Below are positions 26,717 through 36,957 of a stretch of DNA of 64,000 nt, one piece after another (positions within the stretch are counted from its first letter, which is position 1; every line of letters begins with the position of its first letter). The stretch is from Patescibacteria group bacterium (lineage in GTDB: Bacteria; Patescibacteriota; Microgenomatia; 2-02-FULL-39-11): NCBI GenBank assembly GCA_023379265.1, contig JAMCUI010000004.1:73273-137272 (forward strand), written 5' to 3'. The translations under genes and the position numbers were made by a program. The notes below the pieces were generated by a model that worked only from the letters and a program-made list of their open reading frames with translations, was not told the DNA's origin and did not search any database.

Positions 26717-28369
26717 ATGCATCAAGGCAATACCACTTTCAATACCGAAGAAATTGAAATCCACATAAGGACCTACCGGTCTCTCCTGAAATCTACCGGC
26801 GAGGTGGCAATAAACCAGCTTATTACCTCCCACAACAGCATGAAATCAATCCTTCATGAGAAAGGCAGTAAGGATGAGGTGGATATGTCAGCCTTCATAT
26901 ATGTACTTTTGCGTCTCCCTTTTTGCATGTCAAATGTAAAAAAAGTAATACTTGGCCAATCCTATGACGTCTTTGCCAACCACGGCTTTGGACAAATTAC
27001 CGGCTGGAAGATGGTTGCGGCACCGGGAAGAAGAAGGATGATGTATTTTGACGGAAGAGATACGCTTGCTGTTTATATCGCCTCAGTCACCGACGTAGAC
27101 GATCTTATTACTCTTCTTACGGCATTCCAGATAGAATGGAATAAATTCCACCAAAAGCTAAAAAATACCGGCGGCAATATAGAATCGGCCGCGGGAAAAA
27201 TTCTTGAGGAAGAAGACATTGAAAAAGTGAAAAACATATGGGGAGGCGATTATATAAAATTCCTGACCGCCATAAAATACAAAGAGGTCGATTTCACTGT
27301 CCGGCTCCTTGCCGGCTCCTATGTGGAGTATGCCAAATCCACACAGAAATGGTGGAACAATATTTCAGAAAATAATAAAGATTTGAGACTTGATAAAAGG
27401 CCTGTATATTTTATATCCAGCAATACACACTCCATCATCAATCTCCTGACCCGGTTTGTTGTCGGTGAAGAAAAGGGACTAATTGACTTTTTATATAAGA
27501 CAAAAGACGAAAACCTCATTTCGCTTTGGAGAGACATCGAGTCGGACAGGTCCAAAGTCAACCGGGAAAATTTTCTGTACTATATCGCCAAAAAATATGC
27601 CCGGATAAATCCTCCCCTTGTCAGAAAAAAGGCGGCCATGGAGAAAAAAATCGGCATCCGGCACATCGCTGCTTCCCACTATCTAGATATTGACGCGCAG
27701 GTGGTGGAATTCAGAAACCTGTCAAAACTGCAGCTCTCTCCTCAAATCGGAATAAACACCAAAAGTCTGGCTAAAAGTGACGCTGTAGCAGTCAACATCG
27801 ACTATCCTTTGGGCTGGGCAGCCTATCAGGTCCTGACAGAGATAGGCCAGAATGTCTCAAATGTCCGTGGAGTCTACATCATGGGTAAGGCCGCGACGTT
27901 AAACGGACAGATCGGTGACATCCTGTTACCAACCACTGTTTTTGACCAACATACAAAAAATATATACGTCTTTAATAATTCTTTTTCCGGTCGTGACTTT
28001 AAGAACATATTCAAAACCGGCCTGGTCCTTGACCACCAGAAAACCATTGCCGCCAAAGGTACATTTCTGGAAAACCGTGAGTTGATCAAGAAATGGTATA
28101 GAGAAGGTTATACTGCAATCGAAATGGAGTCCGGACCGTACCTCAACGCCATGTATGAATTTGTCTATTACAACCGCTATGCGGAAAACCAGTTTATAAA
28201 CCTGACGGATACTCCTTTTGATATCGGCATAGCACATTATGCCTCTGATACCCCTTATTCCAAAGCCAAAAACCTGGGAGTCAGGAATCTTTCATATGAA
28301 GGAGTCGAACCGACTTATGCGATTTCTTTGGCGATATTGAAGAAAATAATCGAAAAAGAAACGGGATAA
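26717..28369 (+). CDS. Conserved hypothetical protein (DUF6909-like) with nucleoside-phosphorylase-like C-terminus
   Basis: ISSNTHS, NIDYPLG, MGKAA..GDI, IEMESGPYL, HYASDTP; family recalled from memory, not searched. Confidence 0.6.
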   Translation: MHQGNTTFNTEEIEIHIRTYRSLLKSTGEVAINQLITSHNSMKSILHEKGSKDEVDMSAFIYVLLRLPFCMSNVKKVILGQSYDVFANHGFGQITGWKMVAAPGRRRMMYFDGRDTLAVYIASVTDVDDLITLLTAFQIEWNKFHQKLKNTGGNIESAAGKILEEEDIEKVKNIWGGDYIKFLTAIKYKEVDFTVRLLAGSYVEYAKSTQKWWNNISENNKDLRLDKRPVYFISSNTHSIINLLTRFVVGEEKGLIDFLYKTKDENLISLWRDIESDRSKVNRENFLYYIAKKYARINPPLVRKKAAMEKKIGIRHIAASHYLDIDAQVVEFRNLSKLQLSPQIGINTKSLAKSDAVAVNIDYPLGWAAYQVLTEIGQNVSNVRGVYIMGKAATLNGQIGDILLPTTVFDQHTKNIYVFNNSFSGRDFKNIFKTGLVLDHQKTIAAKGTFLENRELIKKWYREGYTAIEMESGPYLNAMYEFVYYNRYAENQFINLTDTPFDIGIAHYASDTPYSKAKNLGVRNLSYEGVEPTYAISLAILKKIIEKETG

Positions 28370-28390
28370 AAAGGAAATTGAAAAAAAGTG

Positions 28391-28954
28391 TCATATCTGG
28401 CTGAGTTCCGATTCTTTTTTCTCACGCAATACTTCGATCTCCGTCATCATCTCATCCGTAAGATTCTGGATTTCTTTTTCCAGCCTTTTATTGTCATCTT
28501 CGGAAATCTCTTTGGCCTCAAACCTGCGCTTCAAATCACTCATCGCCTCATGCCTCACTTGCCGTATCATGATCCGGCCCCCCTCAAGTTTCTCATGGGC
28601 CAGCTTTATGTACTCATCCCGCCGCTCGGCAGTAAGAGCTGGAATACTTATCCTTATAATCTGGCTGTCAACTGCGGCGGTAAAACCCAAATTGGCAGCG
28701 TTAATCCCCCGCTCTATATCCTGTATGACTGAAGGGTCAAACGGTGCGATAATTATCATCCGGGGACCATCAGTGGTAATTGTCGCCATCTCTTTGAGCT
28801 TTAGATGTTGGGTGTTGTCGTAAGCGGAAATCACTACGTTTTCCACCAATGCCGGAGTTGCTCTTCCCGTCCGTATAGTCCCCAAATCTTCGGTAATGAC
28901 GTGGATAGCCTTCATCATCTGGTCTTTAACTGAACTTATCACTTGCTGGTCCAT
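28391..28954 (-). CDS. frr: Ribosome recycling factor (start moved to MDQQ)
   Basis: IRTGRATP, PALTAERR, IRQVRH, ISEDD. Confidence 0.96.
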   Translation of the reverse strand: MDQQVISSVKDQMMKAIHVITEDLGTIRTGRATPALVENVVISAYDNTQHLKLKEMATITTDGPRMIIIAPFDPSVIQDIERGINAANLGFTAAVDSQIIRISIPALTAERRDEYIKLAHEKLEGGRIMIRQVRHEAMSDLKRRFEAKEISEDDNKRLEKEIQNLTDEMMTEIEVLREKKESELSQI

Positions 28955-29030
28955 TTCAACATTACAATAACATACTTCCTTCCTTAAACTCAATACCGTA
29001 TACTAAACTAGAAAGAAAATTATTAATATC

Positions 29031-29558
29031 CAATTTTTAATTTCTAATCAATGTTTAATTTCCAATGACTTAAACTCAAATGAAGTACGATTTGGAAGAA
29101 AGGACGGCCGGATTTGGAGAGAGAATTATTGATTTTGCTAAAAAAGTCAAAAAAGATAATGTTTTTCTCTCAATTGTTATTCAATCAGTACGTTCCGGGA
29201 CAAGTATCGGTGCAAATTATAGTGAAGCGAATCAAGCCAGTTCTAAAAGAGATTTCCGGAATAAAATCTATATATGTAAAAAGGAGGCAAATGAAACAAA
29301 ATACTGGCTGCGAATGCTAGCCAAAACCTTTCCTGACAAAAAACTTGAATGCCGGATTCTCTGGAAGGAAGCGCATGAATTGACTTTGATTTTTTCAAAG
29401 ATTTTGTCCTCCTCAAAAAAAACGATTAATAATAAAATTTCTAATTTATAAATCTTAATCTTAATCAAACACAAATTTCAAATGAATAAATTTTAAAACA
29501 TTAATGCAATAATAAATTGGAAATTGATTAAAAATTAGAAATTATAAATTAAAAATTG
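29031..29558. repeat. Imperfect AT-rich inverted repeats flanking the four-helix bundle gene
   Basis: CAATTTTTAATTTCTAAT..AATTTCCAAT (29031-29066) versus ATTGGAAATT..ATTAGAAATT..AATTAAAAATTG (29516-29558). Confidence 0.7.
29080..29451 (+). CDS. Four-helix bundle protein (23S rRNA IVP/bAvd-like)
   Basis: DLEERT..F, RSGTSIGANYSEA, KKEANETKYWL. Confidence 0.92.
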   Translation: MKYDLEERTAGFGERIIDFAKKVKKDNVFLSIVIQSVRSGTSIGANYSEANQASSKRDFRNKIYICKKEANETKYWLRMLAKTFPDKKLECRILWKEAHELTLIFSKILSSSKKTINNKISNL

Positions 29559-29572
29559 TAAATTATAACTAT

Positions 29573-32056
29573 ATGGCCGAAAACAAAGTTGTCCTTGAGC
29601 TTCGCACGCCAAAAACGGCTGAGGAAACACCAGGCTCTATGGAGCAGGTCTTTGCCGCGCTTTTTTCAGGCGGTCATATCCCCCACTGGAAAAGGCTCTG
29701 GATAAAGGTGCGCACTCTTTCTTTTGAAATCGCGAGCTTTAACCAGACCATCCATTTTTACTCGGTAGTACCGGAATCTTTCAGGACGTTTATCGAAAGC
29801 CAGCTGACCAGCCAATACCCCAAAATACTTATAACAAAAGTACCCGATTATATCGGCGAAATTACCAGGTCCCCGTTTCTTGCTGTAGGCAACCTGCAGC
29901 TGGCGCATGCTTTTTACTATCCCATCAAGACTTTTTCCGAGTTCAAAGAACTGGATCCTATGTCCTCAATCATCGGTGTCTTGTCCAAACTCTCACCTTT
30001 GCAAAAAGCCCTCATCCAGATAGTGATTGAGCCTCCGCACTTTAACTGGCAGGGAATGGTGACAAGGATGATTGAGCGCGGCATTCCTGACCCCACCCCA
30101 ACCGCTCCTGATAAAACCAAATCCTTCCCGCACGCGTCAATTATCGAGACCAAACTGAAAAATACCGGATACCGCACTTATATCAGGCTACTCGTAGGAG
30201 GAGAGACTGACAAGGAGGCCAAAAGTCTCATGTTCAACCTGGCCGGTTCCTTTGGCGCCTTTGCCCTGGGAGAAGGCAACCGGATAATTCTCAGGCGCCC
30301 ACGGCTGTTCTTTAAGAAAGTCATATTTAACCGCATCATAAAGCGCGAAAAAAGCCACTTTCCCCGTCACCAAATCTTTAATACCGCAGAACTGGCTACC
30401 ATCTTCCATCCGCCCACCATGCTTTTGGCAGGCATAAAAAATATCGCCTGGGGCAGATCTCTTGTCGGTGAGCCTCCGCAAAATCTGCCCGTTGCCCTGG
30501 GTGCCACAGAGGAACAAAAAAGCCAAATCAACTTCTTTGCCAAAGCAGAGTTTAAGAACTCCCTTACTACATTTGGTGTGAAGAAAGAAGATAGACGGAA
30601 ACACGTGTATGTCATCGGGAAAACGGGTACCGGGAAATCCACCATGATTGCCAACCTGGCTATAAATGACATGAGAAACCGCGAGGGCCTGGCGGTTGTC
30701 GACCCCCACGGCGATCTGTCTGAAATACTCCTTCACTATGTTCCCTCATACAGAATAAACGATGTAGTTTATCTGGAACCGTTTAATCAAGACCGTCCCT
30801 TCTGGATAAATCCGCTGGAAGTCAAAAATCCGGTCCACCGAGAACTGGTTGCATCCGGCATCGTCTCTATTTTCTCCAAATTATACGCTTACTCATGGGG
30901 ACCGAGGCTGGAGTATATTCTGAGAAATGTCATCCTCACGCTTCTGGAATATCCAAATGCCACCCTCACTATGGCCCTGGACCTTCTGGCCGACCAGAAC
31001 TTCCGACAGGGAGTCCTACTAAAGGTCCAGGATAGAGTACTCCAAAACTTCTGGCATAACGAATTTGACAAGATGCACCCCAGGCTAAAAAGCGAAGCAA
31101 TTGCGCCTATCCAAAACAAAGTCGGCCAGTTTGTCCAGTCCCCGACTATCAGACAGATCATAGGCCATTCCTCCTCAACTATTGATCTTGAAGACATCAT
31201 GAACCAGGGAAAAATACTGATACTAAATCTCGCCCAGGGGAAACTCGGCGAGGACAATGCTGCGCTTCTGGGGGCAATGTTTATCACCAAGATGCAGCTT
31301 GCGGCCATGAACCGGGTAAACATGCCTGAAGCCGAAAGGAAGGATTTTTACCTTTACGTGGACGAGTTCCAGAATTTTGCTACTTCATCTTTTATAAAAA
31401 TACTTTCCGAAGCCAGAAAATACAGACTGGACCTTATCCTGGCCAACCAGTATATAGGCCAGCTTGAAGAGACAGTGCAAAAAGCCATTTTCGGCAATGC
31501 CGGCACACTCATTTCCTTTGTTATTGGAGCCCAGGATGCCGCGGCAATAAGTAAGGAATTCGGCCAGTGGTATAAAGAGGAAGATTTAGTTAACTTAGGT
31601 TCATACCAGATAGTCATTAAACTTGCTATCGACAACCTCACTTCACTTCCCTTCCATGCCGTCACACTCCCCTTACCCAAAAGTGTCAATCAAAATAGAG
31701 ATAAGGTAGTCAGATTGTCGCTTGAAAGATACACGAAAAACGCGGATCCAACGCTTAGCGCGCTTAGGCAAACCCCTGCTTCCGCGGTACTTCCCAAACC
31801 GCAAACAGCCAGTTTTACCCAGACTCCTTCCCAACAAGCTCCTCCTGTCAAAAATACTCCAGAGACAAGTACTTCCACTAGTCTTCCCCAAGAGACAACG
31901 AGTACTTCCGCCAAGATATCTCGTCTTCCCCATCCGCAAACCAAAAAACAGCCAAAACCGGCCAAAGATACACCAAACACTTCACAGCCTGTTAATTCCA
32001 ATCCTACTAACCAATCCAACCAAACCAGCCAGACAAACACAAACCGTTCACAATAA
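29573..32056 (+). CDS. TraD/TrwB/VirD4-like coupling ATPase (HerA/FtsK superfamily) with low-complexity C-terminal tail
   Basis: DRRKHVYVIGKTGTGKST, VVDPHGD, LYVDEFQNF, SEARKY, ANQY. Confidence 0.9.
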   Translation: MAENKVVLELRTPKTAEETPGSMEQVFAALFSGGHIPHWKRLWIKVRTLSFEIASFNQTIHFYSVVPESFRTFIESQLTSQYPKILITKVPDYIGEITRSPFLAVGNLQLAHAFYYPIKTFSEFKELDPMSSIIGVLSKLSPLQKALIQIVIEPPHFNWQGMVTRMIERGIPDPTPTAPDKTKSFPHASIIETKLKNTGYRTYIRLLVGGETDKEAKSLMFNLAGSFGAFALGEGNRIILRRPRLFFKKVIFNRIIKREKSHFPRHQIFNTAELATIFHPPTMLLAGIKNIAWGRSLVGEPPQNLPVALGATEEQKSQINFFAKAEFKNSLTTFGVKKEDRRKHVYVIGKTGTGKSTMIANLAINDMRNREGLAVVDPHGDLSEILLHYVPSYRINDVVYLEPFNQDRPFWINPLEVKNPVHRELVASGIVSIFSKLYAYSWGPRLEYILRNVILTLLEYPNATLTMALDLLADQNFRQGVLLKVQDRVLQNFWHNEFDKMHPRLKSEAIAPIQNKVGQFVQSPTIRQIIGHSSSTIDLEDIMNQGKILILNLAQGKLGEDNAALLGAMFITKMQLAAMNRVNMPEAERKDFYLYVDEFQNFATSSFIKILSEARKYRLDLILANQYIGQLEETVQKAIFGNAGTLISFVIGAQDAAAISKEFGQWYKEEDLVNLGSYQIVIKLAIDNLTSLPFHAVTLPLPKSVNQNRDKVVRLSLERYTKNADPTLSALRQTPASAVLPKPQTASFTQTPSQQAPPVKNTPETSTSTSLPQETTSTSAKISRLPHPQTKKQPKPAKDTPNTSQPVNSNPTNQSNQTSQTNTNRSQ

Positions 32057-32105
32057 ATACCCAAACAGCTTCAATTGAACAATTTATTTACTCTATGAAA
32101 AATAA

Positions 32106-32351
32106 TTATTGGATTGGAGGTAGATTAAGATGATCTTCTATTCGTTCGTCACGTTTACGAAGATCCAGATATTCGGTATCAAAAAACTCAGCAATTATAC
32201 TAACATCTTTACGTATTTTCGTATTGTCTTTTTTAATTATTTTTACCTCTGAATTCAATACTTGTAAATCCCTCTTGATGGGGTGGAGCTCTTCCTTGAT
32301 AAATTTCATTAAGGAATTTCTTAAAGACAGAATATCAATTTTTGTCAGCAT
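32106..32351 (-). CDS. Small coiled-coil hypothetical protein, paralogue of 44546-44809
   Basis: Shared MLTK.D..KIRKD....FFD.EYLD.R.R.ERIE.HLNL.P.Q; TTGACA-17-TAATAT just upstream. Confidence 0.8.
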   Translation of the reverse strand: MLTKIDILSLRNSLMKFIKEELHPIKRDLQVLNSEVKIIKKDNTKIRKDVSIIAEFFDTEYLDLRKRDERIEDHLNLPPIQ

Positions 32352-32513
32352 ATAACGACATATTAGGCTATGAAATAAATACTGTCAACAACAAACACTC
32401 ATTATAACCCTATAACAAAACTATGACTTTATCATATATTCTACTATTTAATTATGGCTTTATGATATAAATATAAAAAAATCAATACTTTATTACCTCT
32501 TATTTAGTCAAGA

Positions 32514-32542
32514 TTGACAATCCTATAATTTAGTGGTATAGT
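32514..32542 (+). promoter_or_regulatory. Strong sigma70 promoter at the head of the island
   Basis: TTGACA-17 nt-TATAGT with extended -10 TG and AT-rich upstream region. Confidence 0.8.
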
Positions 32543-32670
32543 TCGCGTCACGTTTCAGAAAAGCTTATTATTGTAGTATAAAATACAAAATATGCAGACA
32601 TCCGGAAAAATAAAATTTAACTTCCTGTTTTCCATAAAAAGAATTTTTGTCGTTCTTTTTATCTAAGTCA

Positions 32671-32772
32671 GGGAGTTTTTTGTGGCAAAACTAAACTCCC
32701 AAACTGAAGAAAAAGGGAGTTTTTTGTGGCAAAACTAAACTCCCAAACTGAAGAAAAAGGGAGTTTTTTGTG
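32671..32772. repeat. 44-bp tandem repeat (2.3 copies), each unit a GGGAGTTT/AAACTCCC hairpin
   Basis: Units start at 32671, 32715 and 32759. Confidence 0.9.
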
Positions 32773-32873
32773 AGAAGTGAAACGACGAATCTGTTTGTGA
32801 AGGACTACCGGCTTTATTAAGATTTTGGTTAAAGGTAAATATTCTGCCCAAGATTTTTTGTCTTGGGTTTTTT

Positions 32874-32885
32874 TGCACTTTAACA
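32874..32885 (+). promoter_or_regulatory. boxA-like site, unit 1
   Basis: TGCACTTTAACA versus E. coli rrn boxA TGCTCTTTAACA; hairpin 32846-32868 upstream. Confidence 0.75.
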
Positions 32886-33179
32886 AAAAGTGTCCCGTAT
32901 CTTTTTGTGACGGTTACACAATTTGCGTGTATTTATGTCTAAAAAGAGAGGAACACTTATCTTCCTGTGTTTAGAAAGTAACTTTTCCTCGCTTTGTTTC
33001 CCCGGACGTAACCGGCATTTTGGGCCTATAAATTGATGGACTCAAAATGACGGTTACGTTCATTATCTTTCATCGCAGAAACCAATTCACGCAGTAAAGG
33101 AGGAAAAGCACACAACAATCAAACAATCGTTATCCATCGAGATCGAAAAAATCGTATGTATGCCAAATGGAGGTAAACC

Positions 33180-34007
33180 ATGGCAAAGAAAGAAAAACCC
33201 ACCAACCACACGAAATGGTTCTGGTGGTTCTGGTTCCTGTTCTGCATCGTGGTCCTTGGCGGCATGGGACTCTGGGAGATCGCAAACCTCATCTTTTCGA
33301 AAAACGGCATTCAAGACATAGTGTTTGGAATGTCCGCCAACGACGACTTTGCGAATCTCCTGGGCTGGAGCGGCGCGGTCTTCTTCAGTTTCAACGAATT
33401 CCTGCCGTTCCTGGTCCTACTACTGCCCCCCGTGCGCAAGTACTTTGACAAGTGGTACAAGTGGGCGGCGATCATTGCCCTCTCCATCGTGCTCGGGTGG
33501 ATTCCCGACATCGGCAGCACGTATCTCGACATTTCGAGCCACACCGAGTACTGGAGCACGTTGGGACAGAACAAACTCATGACGACCGAGATGGTGATGG
33601 GGACCAAAATCCTCTTCAGCATCATCCTCGCCAACATGGAGCCGCTCATCGGCTTGAACATGATCCTCATCTCCGCACTATGGGAGAAGATGCATCATCT
33701 CGACGGCGATACTGTCGAGCCGCTTGAAGAACTCGAAGAGCTGATGCCCATTCTCGCAAAACTCGTCGAGGACGAGGAACTTGACGAAGAAGATGAAACA
33801 TTCATCAAGGGCGTGCTCGGCAAAGGCGAAGACGATGAACTCACAGCCAAAGATTTGAAGAAACTCCCCGGTAAGATCGAGGGCATCGCGGAAGCGGCTG
33901 AAAGCGCCAACGAGGGAGTCGAAAAACTCGTCGAACACCTCAAGGAAAAAGAGGAAGAAGAAGGCGACGAAGAGGACGACGAGGACAACGAAGACGAAGA
34001 GGATTAA
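33180..34007 (+). CDS. Multi-pass membrane protein with highly acidic C-terminal domain (island unit 1)
   Basis: About 4 hydrophobic segments, Asp/Glu-rich tail, GGAGGT SD, C-ending codon bias. Confidence 0.85.
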   Translation: MAKKEKPTNHTKWFWWFWFLFCIVVLGGMGLWEIANLIFSKNGIQDIVFGMSANDDFANLLGWSGAVFFSFNEFLPFLVLLLPPVRKYFDKWYKWAAIIALSIVLGWIPDIGSTYLDISSHTEYWSTLGQNKLMTTEMVMGTKILFSIILANMEPLIGLNMILISALWEKMHHLDGDTVEPLEELEELMPILAKLVEDEELDEEDETFIKGVLGKGEDDELTAKDLKKLPGKIEGIAEAAESANEGVEKLVEHLKEKEEEEGDEEDDEDNEDEED

Positions 34008-34292
34008 CGTCTCTCTCTGCGCCTTTTGGGCGCGTCATGCCAAACACAGGAAGAGCGGGGGGCTGAAGAAAGCTTCAAAGAAGATGCACCGGCACAATAT
34101 GTGCAGGTTTGAACACCGTAACAGGTGCATCTATCTTGATTCTTTTCTCAGTCCCCCGTTTTTCCATTTCAGTATTTGTCCTGGGACAAGATGAATTTTT
34201 CGTTTTTACCGAGGACAAATATGGACAAATCTGTTCTCAATTTTTCTCTGCCAGACAGCCGGTAAAAGCTCCGGTTTTTTCTGGTGGGAAAA

Positions 34293-34304
34293 AGCTCTTT
34301 AACA
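34293..34304 (+). promoter_or_regulatory. boxA-like site, unit 2
   Basis: AGCTCTTTAACA; hairpin ~34242-34292 upstream. Confidence 0.8.
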
Positions 34305-34451
34305 GTTGAATGATAACGGATAAATGGTTATATGGAGTAGTTCGTATCCTTCAAATTCGTTTGGCGCGAGAGAAAGAGAAGCCAATTTCTGGTTGACTTT
34401 TCTTTTTCTCAAGCGTCAGATGAAAATCGCAAAAAGAAAGGAAGGTCTGCC
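34305..34451 (+). ncRNA. Structured 5' leader, family A copy 1
   Basis: GAATGATAACGG arm; stem TTCGTTTGGCGC-GAGAGAA / TTTTCTC-AA-GCGTCAGATGAA; GAAAGGAAGGT SD. Confidence 0.75.
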
Positions 34452-34910
34452 ATGTACATTTGCGGATGGGAAGAATTCGGTACACTTCCCTACAAGGACC
34501 AGGCAGAGATATTACGCGTGATAAATCAACAGGAAAGTATAAGTGTCTATGGCGGAATGAATGAGTTTTTCGAACTTGTTGAAAGGCTGATACCACAACA
34601 CCTGGAGTGGGTCGAGACGTATTGCAGCAACGCCCAAACTTTCAACAAAATAAAAAGAAGATACGATCTTGAGGAAATCGAGGCAATGCTGGAAGGATTG
34701 ATCCCTCCCGCAAATCCCGCACTCATGCCACCGCCAAAACCAAAACCCATGCCTGTATATACTCCTGTTGTTAAGAAGAGAGTTCACAAAACTTCCAAAC
34801 CCAGCCGTCATCGGATTCACCGATTGCGAAAGAGCAAAAATCGCAAGAAGAAATCCTGGATAGGAAGGATTGTGGGGAAAGGAAAAAAATTCCTTTCATC
34901 TTTCTTTTGA
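34452..34910 (+). CDS. Hypothetical protein with Pro-rich linker, basic tail and C-terminal amphipathic helix (unit 2)
   Basis: SD-preceded ATG; ends KKSWIGRIVGKGKKFLSSFF. Confidence 0.75.
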   Translation: MYICGWEEFGTLPYKDQAEILRVINQQESISVYGGMNEFFELVERLIPQHLEWVETYCSNAQTFNKIKRRYDLEEIEAMLEGLIPPANPALMPPPKPKPMPVYTPVVKKRVHKTSKPSRHRIHRLRKSKNRKKKSWIGRIVGKGKKFLSSFF

Positions 34911-35146
34911 AAACCGTTATCGTTCCCAGCTTGCATATTGGGTTTCTGCCCGAAGAGGGTGCTGGACGCCTGGTCCATCACAAAAATTCAAACCCTCTAA
35001 ATTGCACGTCTTGTCCTTAAATTTTTTGAGGACTGGACCTGACAGACAACATCTGTTGTCTGGAAATGATTATGGACTATATTTTTGAAATAAGTTCTTC
35101 AATATAGCCTCACAAATTGCGTGGGGTTTATTTTGATGGAATTTAT

Positions 35147-35158
35147 CGCTCTTTAACA
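35147..35158 (+). promoter_or_regulatory. boxA-like site, unit 3
   Basis: CGCTCTTTAACA; hairpin upstream. Confidence 0.8.
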
Positions 35159-35290
35159 GTTGAATGATAACGGAAATTATTCTCCTTCTGTTTCGTCTGG
35201 CGTGAGAGAATCAGTACCTAAACCACTCACTTGGGTTCTGTTTCTCTCAACCGCCAGATGAAGTAAATCCAAATCAGAAAGGAGATGGTA
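35159..35290 (+). ncRNA. Structured 5' leader, family A copy 2
   Basis: GTTGAATGATAACGGAAA arm; TTCGTCTGGCG-T-GAGAGAA / TTCTCTC-AAC-CGCCAGATGAA stem; TCTCCTTCTG pairs with CAGAAAGGAGA. Confidence 0.75.
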
Positions 35291-35394
35291 AAAGCAAAAA
35301 AAACTAATCGGCGCAAGAGAATGTACTGTAGTATCCGGAAGACAAAACCAAAAACCAACATGTTTTCCGGTATCTCTGATCGGAGGAAAAGATC

Positions 35395-36141
35395 ATGAAA
35401 GTGAAAGTATTTCTTGCAACGCAACTTGACGCCTCGCAAAGAAAAGCATTGTACGACGCGGTAGTCAAGTTCGCAAAGGACTTGGATCTCGAATCGTTCG
35501 AGGACATGTCCAAGTTCCATGAGTACATGGGCAATGCCGTTGACGACAAGATCGCAGGCGCTGTCAAAGGGACAATCACCACGGTCAAGAAATTGGAACT
35601 CTTGGTTGAAGCCGCAGAAGATAACTGGCAGCCGGAAGAGAAAACCGCGCCCGAAAAGCAGGAACCCAAATCGTCCGCGTCACCCACGCGCACAGCGGCA
35701 AAAGACCGCGCGGGGCGGCAACGGCGGATCGTGTTTCTCGTCGCAGCGGCGGCGGTCGTCCTGGTCGTCGTCTGCATCGGCATTGTCTTCTCGGGAGTTC
35801 TCGGTGGCGGAACCAGCAGCGCGACCAGCACGCTCACGCCAGCCGCACTCACGCCAATGTCAAACGCAGCGCCGAAAACTCCGGCTTCCAGCGGCTTGAA
35901 AATTCAGTCGGCACCAACCCCTCGCGGATTCTGCGAGCCGGGCACCAAAGTGCCGGCGGGACTGCCGCTCTACCGGATCACTTCGCCGGTAAACTCTGCC
36001 GTTCCCACGTGGGGCTTGACCGGCGGAAAAACCACCGACAACCAGACTTTCACAACCGGTTGGCAATCGGCTGAAAACGGCACAGTACGCATGTGCGCCG
36101 TGTCCAACAGCCCGTACGCAGTCCGTATTCCGGTGAAATAG
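35395..36141 (+). CDS. Single-pass membrane protein with Cys-bracketed C-terminal domain (unit 3)
   Basis: TM IVFLVAAAAVVLVVVCIGIVF, Ser/Thr/Pro linker, GGAGG SD. Confidence 0.85.
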   Translation: MKVKVFLATQLDASQRKALYDAVVKFAKDLDLESFEDMSKFHEYMGNAVDDKIAGAVKGTITTVKKLELLVEAAEDNWQPEEKTAPEKQEPKSSASPTRTAAKDRAGRQRRIVFLVAAAAVVLVVVCIGIVFSGVLGGGTSSATSTLTPAALTPMSNAAPKTPASSGLKIQSAPTPRGFCEPGTKVPAGLPLYRITSPVNSAVPTWGLTGGKTTDNQTFTTGWQSAENGTVRMCAVSNSPYAVRIPVK

Positions 36142-36150
36142 GAGAAGAAC

Positions 36151-36588
36151 ATGACAACGCAAATCTTGCGAAAGAGAAAGACGTGGCTCGATGGGCACCC
36201 GCGCGCAAAGGCGTTCTGGCAACAAGTCCAACGCCACTGGCGGGTCGGCTCAAGCATCTTTGCTCTGGCGATCATCGCGTGGATTGGTGTCATGTACATC
36301 GCGGTTCCCATGGCTCACTTTGCGACGATCAGCGTGCCCAACCCCAACGACACCGCGTGTTCACTCGGAAACACCACGAACTCTGTGGTGTTCATGAAAT
36401 TTACTCCGAGCGGTACATTGCGTATCCACGGTAAGGTCGGCGCGAACCGTCTGGACTGGAACGAACCATTAGCACCCCTTGGCTATACTTGGACTAGCAA
36501 CAACATCCTGCCATGGGTCGGCTATTGGGAGCCGAACACCATCAAACCATGCACTGAAGCGCAAACTGCAATGACCGGCGGGCACTAG
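36151..36588 (+). CDS. Single-pass membrane protein with one Cys..G[FY]xW..W..Cys domain (unit 3)
   Basis: AGGAG SD; TM IFALAIIAWIGVMYIAV; GYTWT..GYWEP..C. Confidence 0.8.
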   Translation: MTTQILRKRKTWLDGHPRAKAFWQQVQRHWRVGSSIFALAIIAWIGVMYIAVPMAHFATISVPNPNDTACSLGNTTNSVVFMKFTPSGTLRIHGKVGANRLDWNEPLAPLGYTWTSNNILPWVGYWEPNTIKPCTEAQTAMTGGH

Positions 36589-36944
36589 CCGCCAAAAGTG
36601 TATGCCGCGAGCAACTCGCCCGGGGCATACATTTGGACTCATCTTTCCGTTATTCTATCAACGATGTAGGGGTCTTGCGGATTTCCGCAGGGAAACAAAG
36701 ACAGAGAGACAAAAGAGGATATCATACTTTTTTGTTGGATCCGGTGTCTACACTGGATATCAACCACCCTCTTTACTTTTCTGTCTCCCCTAATTTCCAA
36801 GGAGATAAAAAGGTTTTGTCTTTTTGGATGTTCAGATAATTGGACTTTTTCAAATTGTCTGAAAAAAAGATTATGGAATTTATGAAAGTATACTGTTCCA
36901 CGAGTTAACCCCTTTATGCGGGGTTATTTCTAGTGGGATGGATA

Positions 36945-36956
36945 TGCACCTTAAAA
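36945..36956 (+). promoter_or_regulatory. boxA-like site, unit 4
   Basis: TGCACCTTAAAA; TAACCCC/GGGGTTA hairpin upstream. Confidence 0.7.
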
Positions 36957-36957
36957 A

